Positions 15,637 to 23,016 of a stretch of DNA of 30,601 nucleotides are shown here, piece after piece. Source of the stretch: a virus (taxonomy: Duplodnaviria > Caudoviricetes); the IMG/VR virus record IMGVR_UViG_3300017909_002808, positions 1-30,601 of that record. The stretch is one strand, 5' to 3'. Positions within the stretch are counted from its first letter, which is position 1, and each line of letters opens with the position of its first letter. The translations under genes were made by a program, and so were the position numbers. Under the pieces are notes generated by a model, which saw nothing but the letters and a program-made list of their open reading frames with translations, was not told where the DNA came from and searched no databases.

Positions 15637-15682
15637 ATAATACCACATCTTATCCCATATGTAAATGCGACATATTGTCGCA
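15637..15682 (-). promoter_or_regulatory. Strong sigma70 promoter with upstream palindromic operator
   Basis: TTTACA (15665-15660), 17 nt, TATTAT (15642-15637), with an extended -10 TG. Palindrome TGCGACA-TAT-TGTCGCA at 15666-15682. TATGGGA box in the spacer. Confidence 0.8.
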
Positions 15683-15701
15683 CCCTAAGTCACTGATTTT
15701 A

Positions 15702-16235
15702 TTACGTTTTATCCCACTTGTCTGCGGCAGTCAGCATCGCCCAGTTGAAAGCCAGCGTGATGCGTTCTTCGGGGGCCGCATCGACCGAGTGCTGTAGCGA
15801 GGCCGGGAATGTAAGAACGTGGCCCCGGGCGTTCTGGAAGACGGTGCCCCCGACGATAATTTCGGAGTCGCCGAAATAGACGACGGATGCGTAATCTGTT
15901 CCCCCCGAAACGTGAGCGTGTTCTTCGACGTTCTCGCCGGGTTTCAGAAGGTTGCCCCAAGCATCTAGAATGTCGATGCCGCTGAAGGCCTTTTCGTTGA
16001 GCGCTCCGGACTCCCGCAGCCGCTCGCCCAGCATGCGGACGTATTCGTGAAAAATTTCGTCGCCGTTAAATTGCTGCCAGTCGGTCATCTGACCCCGGAC
16101 GTTCGTGACGTAGTCGAGAGGGCCGACGGTTTCGCGGATCTTCCTCTCGAAATGCTGAAGGTGTGCCTCGGATAGAATCCGACACCGAACTACGCGGGTC
16201 GGCACGAGTAGCCAATGTGTCTCAACAAGTTCCAT
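15702..16235 (-). CDS. 2OG-Fe(II) oxygenase (TIGR02466-like)
   Basis: AWGN…EEHAH…SVVYF…TFPASLQHSV…RITLAFN gives an HxH…H triad plus a 2OG-binding Arg. Confidence 0.8.
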   Translation of the reverse strand: MELVETHWLLVPTRVVRCRILSEAHLQHFERKIRETVGPLDYVTNVRGQMTDWQQFNGDEIFHEYVRMLGERLRESGALNEKAFSGIDILDAWGNLLKPGENVEEHAHVSGGTDYASVVYFGDSEIIVGGTVFQNARGHVLTFPASLQHSVDAAPEERITLAFNWAMLTAADKWDKT

Positions 16236-16246
16236 AACAGGCCTCT

Positions 16247-16420
16247 AAAAAGGAGGGAGGAGGGTATGACGGCACCCTCCTCCTGCGGTTGCAGCCTTCG
16301 CCCCAATATAACCCGCCGTTCTCAAATTCGGCGGGGGAACCCGGAGCGTTAACGGATTTTGAATCCGCAGGTCTACCTCATTACTTTCGCACCGCGTGGG
16401 CAAAAGCTAAACTGGGTTCC
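16247..16420 (-). ncRNA. Candidate structured ncRNA ending in a terminator-like hairpin
   Basis: Gene-free region of about 190 nt with at least 6 helices, several containing G-U pairs only on the minus strand. It includes a tRNA-Leu(CAA)-like anticodon arm at 16352-16368 and a final hairpin GGAGGAGGGT/ACCCTCCTCC followed by CTCCTTTTT. Confidence 0.55.
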
Positions 16421-16428
16421 TCCAAAAC

Positions 16429-16761
16429 CTAAAACCGGGGTTTGGCCCGATAGTCGTCCAGCACCTTAACGTCCTGCTCCCGAAGCGCGGGCTTTTCCCT
16501 TTCGTGCCGGTTCTGTTCGTCCAGCCAAGCCTCATATTCGGCTTCCCGCCGATAAAACTTTTCTTCCTCCCACGCGCACTTCGCGCAGATGTAGAACGGG
16601 AACTCGCCCGTAATCGGGTCGGGGTTTTCGTACCACCGGCTTTCCGCCTTCGAGGCTTTCGCCCCGCAGTTTTCGCAGTGCGTGTCGAGTTGACCCTTAC
16701 TGCTTCGCCCTTCGATGGGGGCTAAATCCCAACCCCAGCCAATATTTAAACGATTAGTCAT
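16429..16761 (-). CDS. Zn-finger (CxxC…CxxC) protein
   Basis: Start reassigned to ATG 16761 (AGGAG RBS). HCENCG…ICAKC. Confidence 0.7.
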   Translation of the reverse strand: MTNRLNIGWGWDLAPIEGRSSKGQLDTHCENCGAKASKAESRWYENPDPITGEFPFYICAKCAWEEEKFYRREAEYEAWLDEQNRHEREKPALREQDVKVLDDYRAKPRF

Positions 16762-16769
16762 GTTGTCTC

Positions 16770-16958
16770 CTAAATGACCCACTCGACTTTCGAGCAGTTT
16801 TGTTCCAGTTCCGTGGCCCGTGAACGGAGACGCTCGGCCTCCGCTTCGTCGCCATTTGTCCACTCCGCATCAGCCGCACGTTCGCGAAGCTTTCGAACTA
16901 GGTACTCGTTCGTTACGAGACGCAGCCCGAGGATGTCTGCCGCACTATTATTCGACAT
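16770..16958 (-). CDS. Hypothetical protein
   Basis: Start reassigned to ATG 16958 (MSNNSAADIL…). Helical. Confidence 0.6.
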   Translation of the reverse strand: MSNNSAADILGLRLVTNEYLVRKLRERAADAEWTNGDEAEAERLRSRATELEQNCSKVEWVI

Positions 16959-17229
16959 ATTCCACCAACCAATCGTTCTTCTGGTTATCGGCACCGCAGG
17001 CCTGACACTTCAACTTTGACCAAGCGAAGTGATGGACCTCGGTCCAAGTGCCGCACTCCGGGCAGTAAATCCGCTTGGGCTTTTTACCGGCGCGGGTGTA
17101 GCGGTTGACGTTGACGAACTTCTTCGGTTCTTTTTTTAGAAACTGGGAGAGCGCGTCGCCGCGCTTATCGTTTGACAACGATAAAACGCGGTTCAGCTTT
17201 TTCCGCCAAAAACGAAGCGGGTGCATCAT
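16948..17229 (-). CDS. Zn-ribbon protein
   Basis: RYTRAG…IYCPECG…VHHFAWSKLKCQACG motif. ATGA overlap with the upstream gene. Confidence 0.7.
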   Translation of the reverse strand: MMHPLRFWRKKLNRVLSLSNDKRGDALSQFLKKEPKKFVNVNRYTRAGKKPKRIYCPECGTWTEVHHFAWSKLKCQACGADNQKNDWLVEYVE

Positions 17230-17480
17230 TCGTCAGCATCGCCGAGGGCGTCAACCTCGGACCTAGAAAGCTTGCGAATGGTTTGTTTCTCCGGGTTTAT
17301 TTCGAACATTATGTCCGCCTCCAACATCTCCATCTTCTGAGATATAAGCGACTCAATTACCTGCCGACGGCTAAGTTTGAGGATCCCGGTTTCGCGTTCG
17401 AGGTGAAGCCGAATATCGTCCAGCATTTCGACCGTTTCGGCTGGCAGCGCAATCGTCGCTGCGATGTATTTTTTATCCAT
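17226..17480 (-). CDS. Putative ribbon-helix-helix DNA-binding protein
   Basis: ATIALPAETVEMLDDIR…LSRRQVIESLI shows a beta strand plus two helices. GGAGG RBS and its own promoter. Confidence 0.55.
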   Translation of the reverse strand: MDKKYIAATIALPAETVEMLDDIRLHLERETGILKLSRRQVIESLISQKMEMLEADIMFEINPEKQTIRKLSRSEVDALGDADE

Positions 17481-17518
17481 AAAAAACCTCCGTGGTGTTG
17501 GGATAAAGAAACAATGGG

Positions 17519-17547
17519 ACCGTATGGGATAAGTTTTACCCTGTCAA
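17519..17547 (-). promoter_or_regulatory. Sigma70-type promoter with operator boxes
   Basis: TTGACA-17-TACGGT. TATGGGA (17523) and AATGGGA (17513) lie 10 bp apart on the plus strand. Confidence 0.7.
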
Positions 17548-18071
17548 GTCCCTTTCTTCATCGGGATCCAGTTAAAATTTATGACGCGACGGTAGGGCAC
17601 GTCAGTCGCGCCCCAAGATCCGTGGCGCGTGGACGCCGGGAACTGAACGAAGCGGTTTGCGACCGCGTCTACTTTCTCGCCGCCCTCGAACTCCGTCGGG
17701 CCGTTACAAGTGTCGAGGTACAGGATACCCGTCCGGCAAATGTCTTCACGGTCCGTGTCGATGTGAAAGCCGCCGAAGAACGGTTTAGGCCCGGAATACA
17801 AAAGAAGGTTCGCCTTTACTCGGATCAGGACGAAGGCGTTCAGCTTTCGAATCACGGGGTCTAGTACAGATGAAAAGTCCGACACCCACCCTCCTTGCCA
17901 ATAGAAAACATGAGTGTGCTGCATGTTTTGAAGGTGCGTATCAAAACCTTGTTCGTGAAAATTATTGAGGTGGTAACGCCACGGAAATTCCTCTCCGGGT
18001 TTTGTGGGGCCGTTCAGTATTTCAAAGTCCTCGGGACTCAGAAAGTCGTCAGTTACCTCAAGCTTCGTCAC
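17544..18071 (-). CDS. 2OG-Fe(II) oxygenase (marine phage type)
   Basis: DDFLS, LIRVKANL, FHID, TGILYLDTCNGPT, VANRFVQFP…H, and RRVINFNW. Confidence 0.85.
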   Translation of the reverse strand: MTKLEVTDDFLSPEDFEILNGPTKPGEEFPWRYHLNNFHEQGFDTHLQNMQHTHVFYWQGGWVSDFSSVLDPVIRKLNAFVLIRVKANLLLYSGPKPFFGGFHIDTDREDICRTGILYLDTCNGPTEFEGGEKVDAVANRFVQFPASTRHGSWGATDVPYRRVINFNWIPMKKGT

Positions 18072-18861
18072 TTCTCTGAACCTGATCTTCGGTAAACAGG
18101 GCGATGTTTCCTGAGATTGACCTGCGGTCGGACTCTTCCTGCCGGGCAGAGTTTAAGCTCTCTCGGAACGGATAGACCATGTGATTTAGCCAATGAGGAA
18201 ATATCACGAAGCGCCCCGGCTGGGGGTCCATGGACATTACCTTGGAGGTTCGGAACTCCGAGTGCGCCGTTTGGAGGGTCGGCCCGTTGACGAACGTAAT
18301 GCACCCGTCAAGCTGCCCAGAGGAGCTTTTTAAAGTTGGCGCTTCGGTGTTCCGCATGTTCTCGGGCACCCGAGTCCAGAAGACGAAGCTCAAGCCTGCC
18401 GCAGTGCGCTTACCATGGTCGTGAATGGGGTTGTAGTCGCCCGGCAGGCTATCAACCACCCAAGCTTCGTAGCAATTAGCGGCGACGTAGGGCGGATTTG
18501 GGTCATCTTGCATCGCGTAGAACCGCTGAACGTACTGCATAGCCATGCTCTCGGCGATGCCGTAAATCCCGTGAAAGGGGTCGCACCATTCTTTGTCGAG
18601 ATAAAGCTGTTCGCCGTTGTGAATTTGACCCACAAGCTGGTCCGAATAGTCCTTCTGCTTTTGGGCTTGTTTTAGCCCTTCTATTTCGTGGTTAACGCCT
18701 CTGTAGAACCAGAGGGGCAGCGTCGTTTCAAGGATCACAAAGTCCGTCACGAAGTGCGTTTTGATATCGGCGTTAAAAGTTCCTTTGTAGTCTCTCTGCG
18801 GCTGCCCTAAGTCGCGCACCGCGCCGCCCGTCTCTCTCGAAAAAACCTGCGCTTTATCCAT
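18058..18861 (-). CDS. 2OG-Fe(II) oxygenase (TIGR02466-like)
   Basis: AWVV…GDYNPIHDH…LSFVFW…PGRFVIFPHWLNHMVYPF…RRSISGN. Confidence 0.85.
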   Translation of the reverse strand: MDKAQVFSRETGGAVRDLGQPQRDYKGTFNADIKTHFVTDFVILETTLPLWFYRGVNHEIEGLKQAQKQKDYSDQLVGQIHNGEQLYLDKEWCDPFHGIYGIAESMAMQYVQRFYAMQDDPNPPYVAANCYEAWVVDSLPGDYNPIHDHGKRTAAGLSFVFWTRVPENMRNTEAPTLKSSSGQLDGCITFVNGPTLQTAHSEFRTSKVMSMDPQPGRFVIFPHWLNHMVYPFRESLNSARQEESDRRSISGNIALFTEDQVQRSDEA

Positions 18862-19588
18862 CGTATTCTCCTTCCATATCCTGTTCGTAGAAGCTTAAAA
18901 AAAGATCTTTCGCGGAGCCCACACCGAGGAACACGGAATCGTACTCTTCGTCTAGCTCAGAAGCGTAGTTGGCTGCCAAGGAAAGCATTCCTTGGTAAAT
19001 CACCACTTTTGCGACCTCTTCCGCGATAAAAATGTCTTCGTCCAGTTCCGTCCTCTCCAGCAAATTTCTTCGCCACATAGACATAAGCTGATCGTGAATA
19101 GAAGCCTTCATCTCGTGTAAGAAATCATTGTAGGTTTCTTCGAGCGACACATTTACAACCTCGTTGAACGGATCATGTCTTGGTCTCAACGGTATGACAT
19201 TGTCTGAAAGCAGTTCCATTTCGAGGGCGTTCGCGTCATCGATCAATAAAAGCGCTTCTCGCGTTTCAGGGTCCGCGTAATCTCTAATGTGTTCTCGCCT
19301 CGGCAATGGCATGGTCCCAAATAAAAAGGCAAGCTCCTCGGGCTTTTCGCCTATCACGCTTCGAACCTTTTCTCGGTCTTCATGTCCCAGCACGGCAATC
19401 GGGTAAATCGTGGTGCCGTAAACCGCATGGAACAAACCGGCTACAGCAACTTCCCATGGCGCGTCTTTTTGCAGAAGTATTCTGTACGTTCCAACCAAGT
19501 GATCGAACAGGGTCTTGTCCCCGTGAGGATGTTCTTTGCAACCTAAGTTTTCTAAAAAGCCGAACAGGATCTTTTCGTGGTTACTCAT
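18854..19588 (-). CDS. DUF6817-like (HD-fold-like) protein with acidic C-terminal extension
   Basis: HPHGDKTLFDHLVGTY…AGLFHAVYGT…REKVRSVIGEKPEELAFLF. Start reassigned to ATG 19588. Confidence 0.7.
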   Translation of the reverse strand: MSNHEKILFGFLENLGCKEHPHGDKTLFDHLVGTYRILLQKDAPWEVAVAGLFHAVYGTTIYPIAVLGHEDREKVRSVIGEKPEELAFLFGTMPLPRREHIRDYADPETREALLLIDDANALEMELLSDNVIPLRPRHDPFNEVVNVSLEETYNDFLHEMKASIHDQLMSMWRRNLLERTELDEDIFIAEEVAKVVIYQGMLSLAANYASELDEEYDSVFLGVGSAKDLFLSFYEQDMEGEYDG

Positions 19589-19760
19589 CCGCGACTTCCT
19601 CAATCCACCCGGCTTGAATAATCATTTTGTGCGTGTCTTCTGCCGGGTCGTATTTCTCCGGATCAAAAGGCTCGTGGTCCGCGGGACGGTCCCGGTAAAC
19701 CGTGGCTATAATTTTCTGAGGGTTGCCGTCAGAATCAATTACCGTGATGGGCATTTTCAT
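19581..19760 (-). CDS. 59-aa acidic hypothetical protein
   Basis: Hand-translated MKMPITVIDSDGNPQKIIATVYRDRPADHEPFDPEKYDPAEDTHKMIIQAGWIEEVADE. GGAG RBS, and it fills the gap exactly. Confidence 0.65.
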   Translation of the reverse strand: MKMPITVIDSDGNPQKIIATVYRDRPADHEPFDPEKYDPAEDTHKMIIQAGWIEEVADE

Positions 19761-19968
19761 TTGTCATCTCCACAATTTTTTGAGCATCGGGGTGGTCCTC
19801 ACGGACTTCCTCTTCCGTCTCGTAACCCCACTCCCGAAAAACTTGCTGCCCTTCGCCACAACACTCGGGACACGATCTAGGTATCTCCCGCGTTTCGCTG
19901 ACTCTTCGGTAGAGCTTACCGTATCCCTCGCACTCTCGGCAGGGCAGCGTCACTTCAAACGTAGGCAT
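19735..19968 (-). CDS. DnaJ-type Zn-finger small protein
   Basis: CRECEGYG and CPECCGEG (two CxxCxGxG motifs). Confidence 0.75.
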   Translation of the reverse strand: MPTFEVTLPCRECEGYGKLYRRVSETREIPRSCPECCGEGQQVFREWGYETEEEVREDHPDAQKIVEMTNENAHHGN

Positions 19969-20024
19969 CAGAAAAACAGGGTTCGAATCAGGTTTTCGAG
20001 AAAAATAGTAATTAGCTGTTCCAT
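19968..20024 (-). CDS. 18-aa hydrophobic micro-peptide
   Basis: MEQLITIFLENLIRTLFF. AGGAG RBS 6 nt upstream, and the stop overlaps the next start (TGATG). Confidence 0.55.
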   Translation of the reverse strand: MEQLITIFLENLIRTLFF

Positions 20025-20033
20025 GTCTTTCTC

Positions 20034-21149
20034 CTATTTAAATGCAGGCCCGGTCACCCACCCCACGAGCGAGTGTCTGGTTCCTTTGGTTACGGGCGTC
20101 ACTTCATGCAGCGCATAGCTTGGAAAGAACGTGATAGCGCCTTGGTCGCGGTCCGCGGGCTTTGGGTCGCTGTCGAGATGGACGATCAGGTCACCACCCT
20201 CGTACGAGTCCGGCGGAGATAGCTGAACACTGAAGCTTAGCTTCCGGTGATCCAGCGTCTCGTTATCAGGTACGCCCGCATCAACGTGCCGCCCGTAGAA
20301 GCCGCTGTCGCCGTTCTTATATGTTCCGAACTGAAGGTTTTGTATGCTTCTAAGATCGAACTGAAAGCCGCTTTCGTTAGCAGCCACTACCTCACCGCAA
20401 AGCGTTTCAAATATCCAGCGGTTCTCAGGTACGTCGGAGTAAAGAAATTGAACGTCGGTCACGCGTACTTCGTCATTAACGACTCCGGATCCAACCTCCG
20501 CTGGTTTCTGTTCAGAAGCGCGGCCTTTCTGTTCTCGACATGCCGACACTATCTCAGCGCACTGACTGACGCTGAACACGCCCCGCTTATGAAAGGTTTG
20601 AAAGTTGGGGATTTGATACAGGCCCCACTGAAACGTATGAGGCTTTTCAACAGGAGGCGGTGCCTCTACGGCCTTTCCTTCTTCGAAGTATACTCTCCAT
20701 TCGATATGCCATGTTTGCTCAAAAGGTTCTCTTTCGAAAACAACGTCCTCGTCATAAAACACGGCGACGCCCGGGCGCATGTTTATCTCTTTACCCGCCG
20801 CAGTCGTAAGTCCCCAATCCTTCCATACGCCCTCGCAATATGAAGACAGGCAGAGCTTTAACCAGTACCTTCGAGAGGTCGCTTTGGGCGCTTTTTCACG
20901 AATACCTCCCGAATCGGGGGGTTTTATCAAAACGCATTCTTGTGAAGTAACGACAAGACTTTTTCCGATGCAGTCTCCCAGCTTTTTTGCAGCCTGCTCC
21001 GCGTAGGCTTGCAGGATAAACGGTTCCTTTACCTCTGGCTTTGGCTCAATAGAGCCGCCACCCCCCACGTTAAAAAGGGCCTTGACGATCTTTCCCCGCT
21101 CAGCGCTGGAGATAAAGTCGTTCATTTCAATCAAAAGGGGTTCGCTCAT
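20034..21149 (-). CDS. PKHD/PiuC-type 2OG-Fe(II) hydroxylase with an extra N-terminal degenerate domain
   Basis: C-terminal half: LQFGTY…FYGRHVD…RKLSFSVQLS…YEGGDL…G…FFPSYALHEVTPVTKGTRHSLVGW..GP. Confidence 0.9.
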   Translation of the reverse strand: MSEPLLIEMNDFISSAERGKIVKALFNVGGGGSIEPKPEVKEPFILQAYAEQAAKKLGDCIGKSLVVTSQECVLIKPPDSGGIREKAPKATSRRYWLKLCLSSYCEGVWKDWGLTTAAGKEINMRPGVAVFYDEDVVFEREPFEQTWHIEWRVYFEEGKAVEAPPPVEKPHTFQWGLYQIPNFQTFHKRGVFSVSQCAEIVSACREQKGRASEQKPAEVGSGVVNDEVRVTDVQFLYSDVPENRWIFETLCGEVVAANESGFQFDLRSIQNLQFGTYKNGDSGFYGRHVDAGVPDNETLDHRKLSFSVQLSPPDSYEGGDLIVHLDSDPKPADRDQGAITFFPSYALHEVTPVTKGTRHSLVGWVTGPAFK

Positions 21150-21482
21150 TCAGCCCACCTGCCTTTTGTCTTCCGGGTAATCTACCATGAGCCAAACGCG
21201 GAAGCCGACTACTTCACCAGAAGAATCCTTTTGTCTCCTGAGACGAGTCACTCTTTTTACGGTTTGGTTGGAGTGCCGAACAATCGTGCCGTACTTTAAC
21301 CAACGATACCTGTTTCGTAGCGCTTGTTCCATGCACCTTGCCTCGGCCTTAGTTTTAAAAAAGGCACTATCTCCTTTTTCAAAACCTTCTGCGGCAAAAG
21401 CGTAACGGTATCGCCCTATAAGGCTCTCTAAGGGAACGCCTTTATCAACCTTAATCGGAACGTCTTTATCAATCTTAATCAT
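21150..21482 (-). CDS. Small basic putative DNA-binding protein
   Basis: IKIDKDVP…RYAF…EKGDSAFF…GFRVW pattern, common in phage proteins. Confidence 0.6.
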   Translation of the reverse strand: MIKIDKDVPIKVDKGVPLESLIGRYRYAFAAEGFEKGDSAFFKTKAEARCMEQALRNRYRWLKYGTIVRHSNQTVKRVTRLRRQKDSSGEVVGFRVWLMVDYPEDKRQVG

Positions 21483-21661
21483 TCGTCTGGCTTTCCCTCT
21501 TCGATAGTCTCGCCCATTTGCGTTAGCTTCGCCGCCATGCGCCCATGATCCATTATTATTTTGCGAACCATCTTACGCGGAACAGCGACGTTTTTTGAAC
21601 GGCCTTTCTGCGTGATAGCAGCAAGCTCGTGGTATTCGTCCTCGGTGGTGTAAAGTTTCAT
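21479..21661 (-). CDS. Hypothetical protein
   Basis: Start reassigned to ATG 21661 (ATGA overlap). MKLYTTEDEYHEL…. Confidence 0.65.
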   Translation of the reverse strand: MKLYTTEDEYHELAAITQKGRSKNVAVPRKMVRKIIMDHGRMAAKLTQMGETIEEGKPDE

Positions 21662-21843
21662 CCTCTTTGCACCCGCTTCCATGCGGCACGAAGAGCCTCG
21701 GCCTTCAAAAAACCTTCGGGGTCTTTCAGGCCCCCACTTTCCTGCAAGCGCTCGGCTTCCATCCGTACGGCCTTATCTACCCACTTCACCGCCTGAGCCC
21801 AGTTCTGGACCTCTTCGACGGCGTTAATGTACTTACTTTCCAT
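21658..21843 (-). CDS. Hypothetical protein
   Basis: Start reassigned to ATG 21843, 6 nt after AAGGAG. First gene after the promoter at 21871-21899. Confidence 0.7.
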   Translation of the reverse strand: MESKYINAVEEVQNWAQAVKWVDKAVRMEAERLQESGGLKDPEGFLKAEALRAAWKRVQRG

Positions 21844-21870
21844 GGTCATCTCCTTGGTTAAAGACGACCC

Positions 21871-21899
21871 CTTATAATCTCCCATACTTACAGCGTCAA
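21871..21899 (-). promoter_or_regulatory. Sigma70-type promoter of the oxygenase-containing operon
   Basis: TTGACG-17-TATAAG with TATGGGA in the spacer. Confidence 0.8.
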
Positions 21900-21900
21900 C

Positions 21901-21944
21901 AAAAAAAACGCCCCCGCACCGATGGGTAAGTGCGAGGGCGTTTT
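21901..21944 (-). terminator. Rho-independent terminator
   Basis: Minus strand CGCCCTCGCAC…GTGCGGGGGCG plus T8. Confidence 0.75.
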
Positions 21945-22010
21945 GTAACCACGGAGAAAACCGGTTCACGTATGAACCGATAGAGAACCTATGCGATACG
22001 CTTCGCTAGG

Positions 22011-22178
22011 TCAACCACCTAGTCCACTAAATATCCCAGAAGTTTTACATTCGTCGCAGATAAACATGCCCTTTTCCACAAGCCTTACCTTTTGGCACGT
22101 CAAACATTTTTTCCGTACGTGGGTGCCGCGCTCTATTCTACGATCCTCAATCTTTTTTTGTTCTTTGGAAGAGACCAT
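22011..22178 (-). CDS. 55-aa Zn-finger protein
   Basis: Hand-translated MVSSKEQKKIEDRRIERGTHVRKKCLTCQKVRLVEKGMFICDECKTSGIFSGLGG (two CxxC motifs). The RBS is weak. Confidence 0.55.
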   Translation of the reverse strand: MVSSKEQKKIEDRRIERGTHVRKKCLTCQKVRLVEKGMFICDECKTSGIFSGLGG

Positions 22179-22582
22179 CGGTAGAACACATGCTTGTTTA
22201 TCTGAACAACGCGGTGCTTCGTTGCTGCCCAGCTTGGTAGCACATAGTCCGCGTGATAGAAAGTCGAACCCTCGGTTGGGTCAATTATCGTCCGTGACAG
22301 TACAAGTTCCGAGACCCGTGTTGCGCAGAGCTTGGCCGCCTTGTCCCGCATCTTGTCGCTCTTGCCGTCGCAATAAAACGAGAATTGACATTTGTGACGG
22401 ACAGGCGCACCTGACCGATAGACAGGCCCCTGCTTTACGACGCTGCAAACGTCGTTCGGAAACCGCCGGTCTTCTACGCGGTTCATTATCACGGCGGCGA
22501 CGGCCACCTGACCGACCATGGGCTCTCCTCTCGCCTCGAAGTATACGGCGGTGGCGAGGCAGAAGAGCGCAGAGGCAACCAT
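22133..22582 (-). CDS. Cell wall hydrolase, SleB/Hydrolase_2 family
   Basis: CLATAVYFEARGEP..GQVAVA.VIMNRV…FPNDVCSVV.Q…CQFSFYCDG…FYHA.YV.PSWA…HVFY. Confidence 0.92.
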   Translation of the reverse strand: MVASALFCLATAVYFEARGEPMVGQVAVAAVIMNRVEDRRFPNDVCSVVKQGPVYRSGAPVRHKCQFSFYCDGKSDKMRDKAAKLCATRVSELVLSRTIIDPTEGSTFYHADYVLPSWAATKHRVVQINKHVFYRWSLPKNKKRLRIVE

Positions 22583-22716
22583 TACCGGCCCTGCCCGCGA
22601 TACTTCTTAAAGTTGCGACGCTTGTGCTTGTTCTTGGGCCGCGACAGGTGGCTTGAGCCTATCGACGTGCGCTTCTTGACCGGCTTCTCGCGAAACTGAG
22701 CAACTACCTTAGCCAT
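22582..22716 (-). CDS. 44-aa highly basic peptide ending KKYRGQGR
   Basis: Hand-translated MAKVVAQFREKPVKKRTSIGSSHLSRPKNKHKRRNFKKYRGQGR. TAATG coupling to the hydrolase. The motif is recurrent in aquatic phages. Confidence 0.75.
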   Translation of the reverse strand: MAKVVAQFREKPVKKRTSIGSSHLSRPKNKHKRRNFKKYRGQGR

Positions 22717-22903
22717 CGGCAGAGTCGGTCGATAGAGTTACCTTCGAAGCTTCAATCGGATGGCTCTGACGAAAAACCTCGGATTCGGCAATGTGAATCT
22801 GAAGCATGCCGCTGATGCTGCGCCCCTCTTTCTGAGAGCGCTGCTTTACCTCGTGGTAGGTCTGGATCGGCACCAAAATGCTTTTCCACTTCGTTGTGTC
22901 CAT
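22709..22903 (-). CDS. Ribbon-helix-helix (Arc-like) regulator
   Basis: KWKSILVP…YHEVK…EGRSISGML. AAGGAG RBS and its own promoter. Confidence 0.7.
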   Translation of the reverse strand: MDTTKWKSILVPIQTYHEVKQRSQKEGRSISGMLQIHIAESEVFRQSHPIEASKVTLSTDSADG

Positions 22904-22930
22904 GTCTGGTCTCCTTGTTGACTGTACGCG

Positions 22931-22959
22931 AACATATAGGAGTTCCTGCGGTCCTGCAA
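22931..22959 (-). promoter_or_regulatory. Sigma70-type promoter
   Basis: TTGCAG-17-TATGTT directly after a terminator U-tract. Confidence 0.6.
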
Positions 22960-22960
22960 G

Positions 22961-22984
22961 AAAAAACCCCGCCCGAAGGCGGGG
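22961..22984 (-). terminator. Rho-independent terminator after the DNA polymerase gene
   Basis: CCCCGCC-TTCG-GGCGGGG plus T6. Confidence 0.85.
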
Positions 22985-23016
22985 TAAGTTCAGGGAGGTA
23001 ATTGCGGAGAAAGGGA

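Noticed and set aside
16300-16401. Functional tRNA-Leu(CAA) gene
   Set aside because: The anticodon arm and GGTAGAC are tRNA-like, but there is no proper T-arm, 7-bp acceptor stem or CCA. It is kept only as an ncRNA candidate.
21991-22656. 221-aa plus-strand ORF, and similarly 17172..17864 and 20247..20843
   Set aside because: They are antisense to the hydrolase and oxygenase genes and have no motifs.
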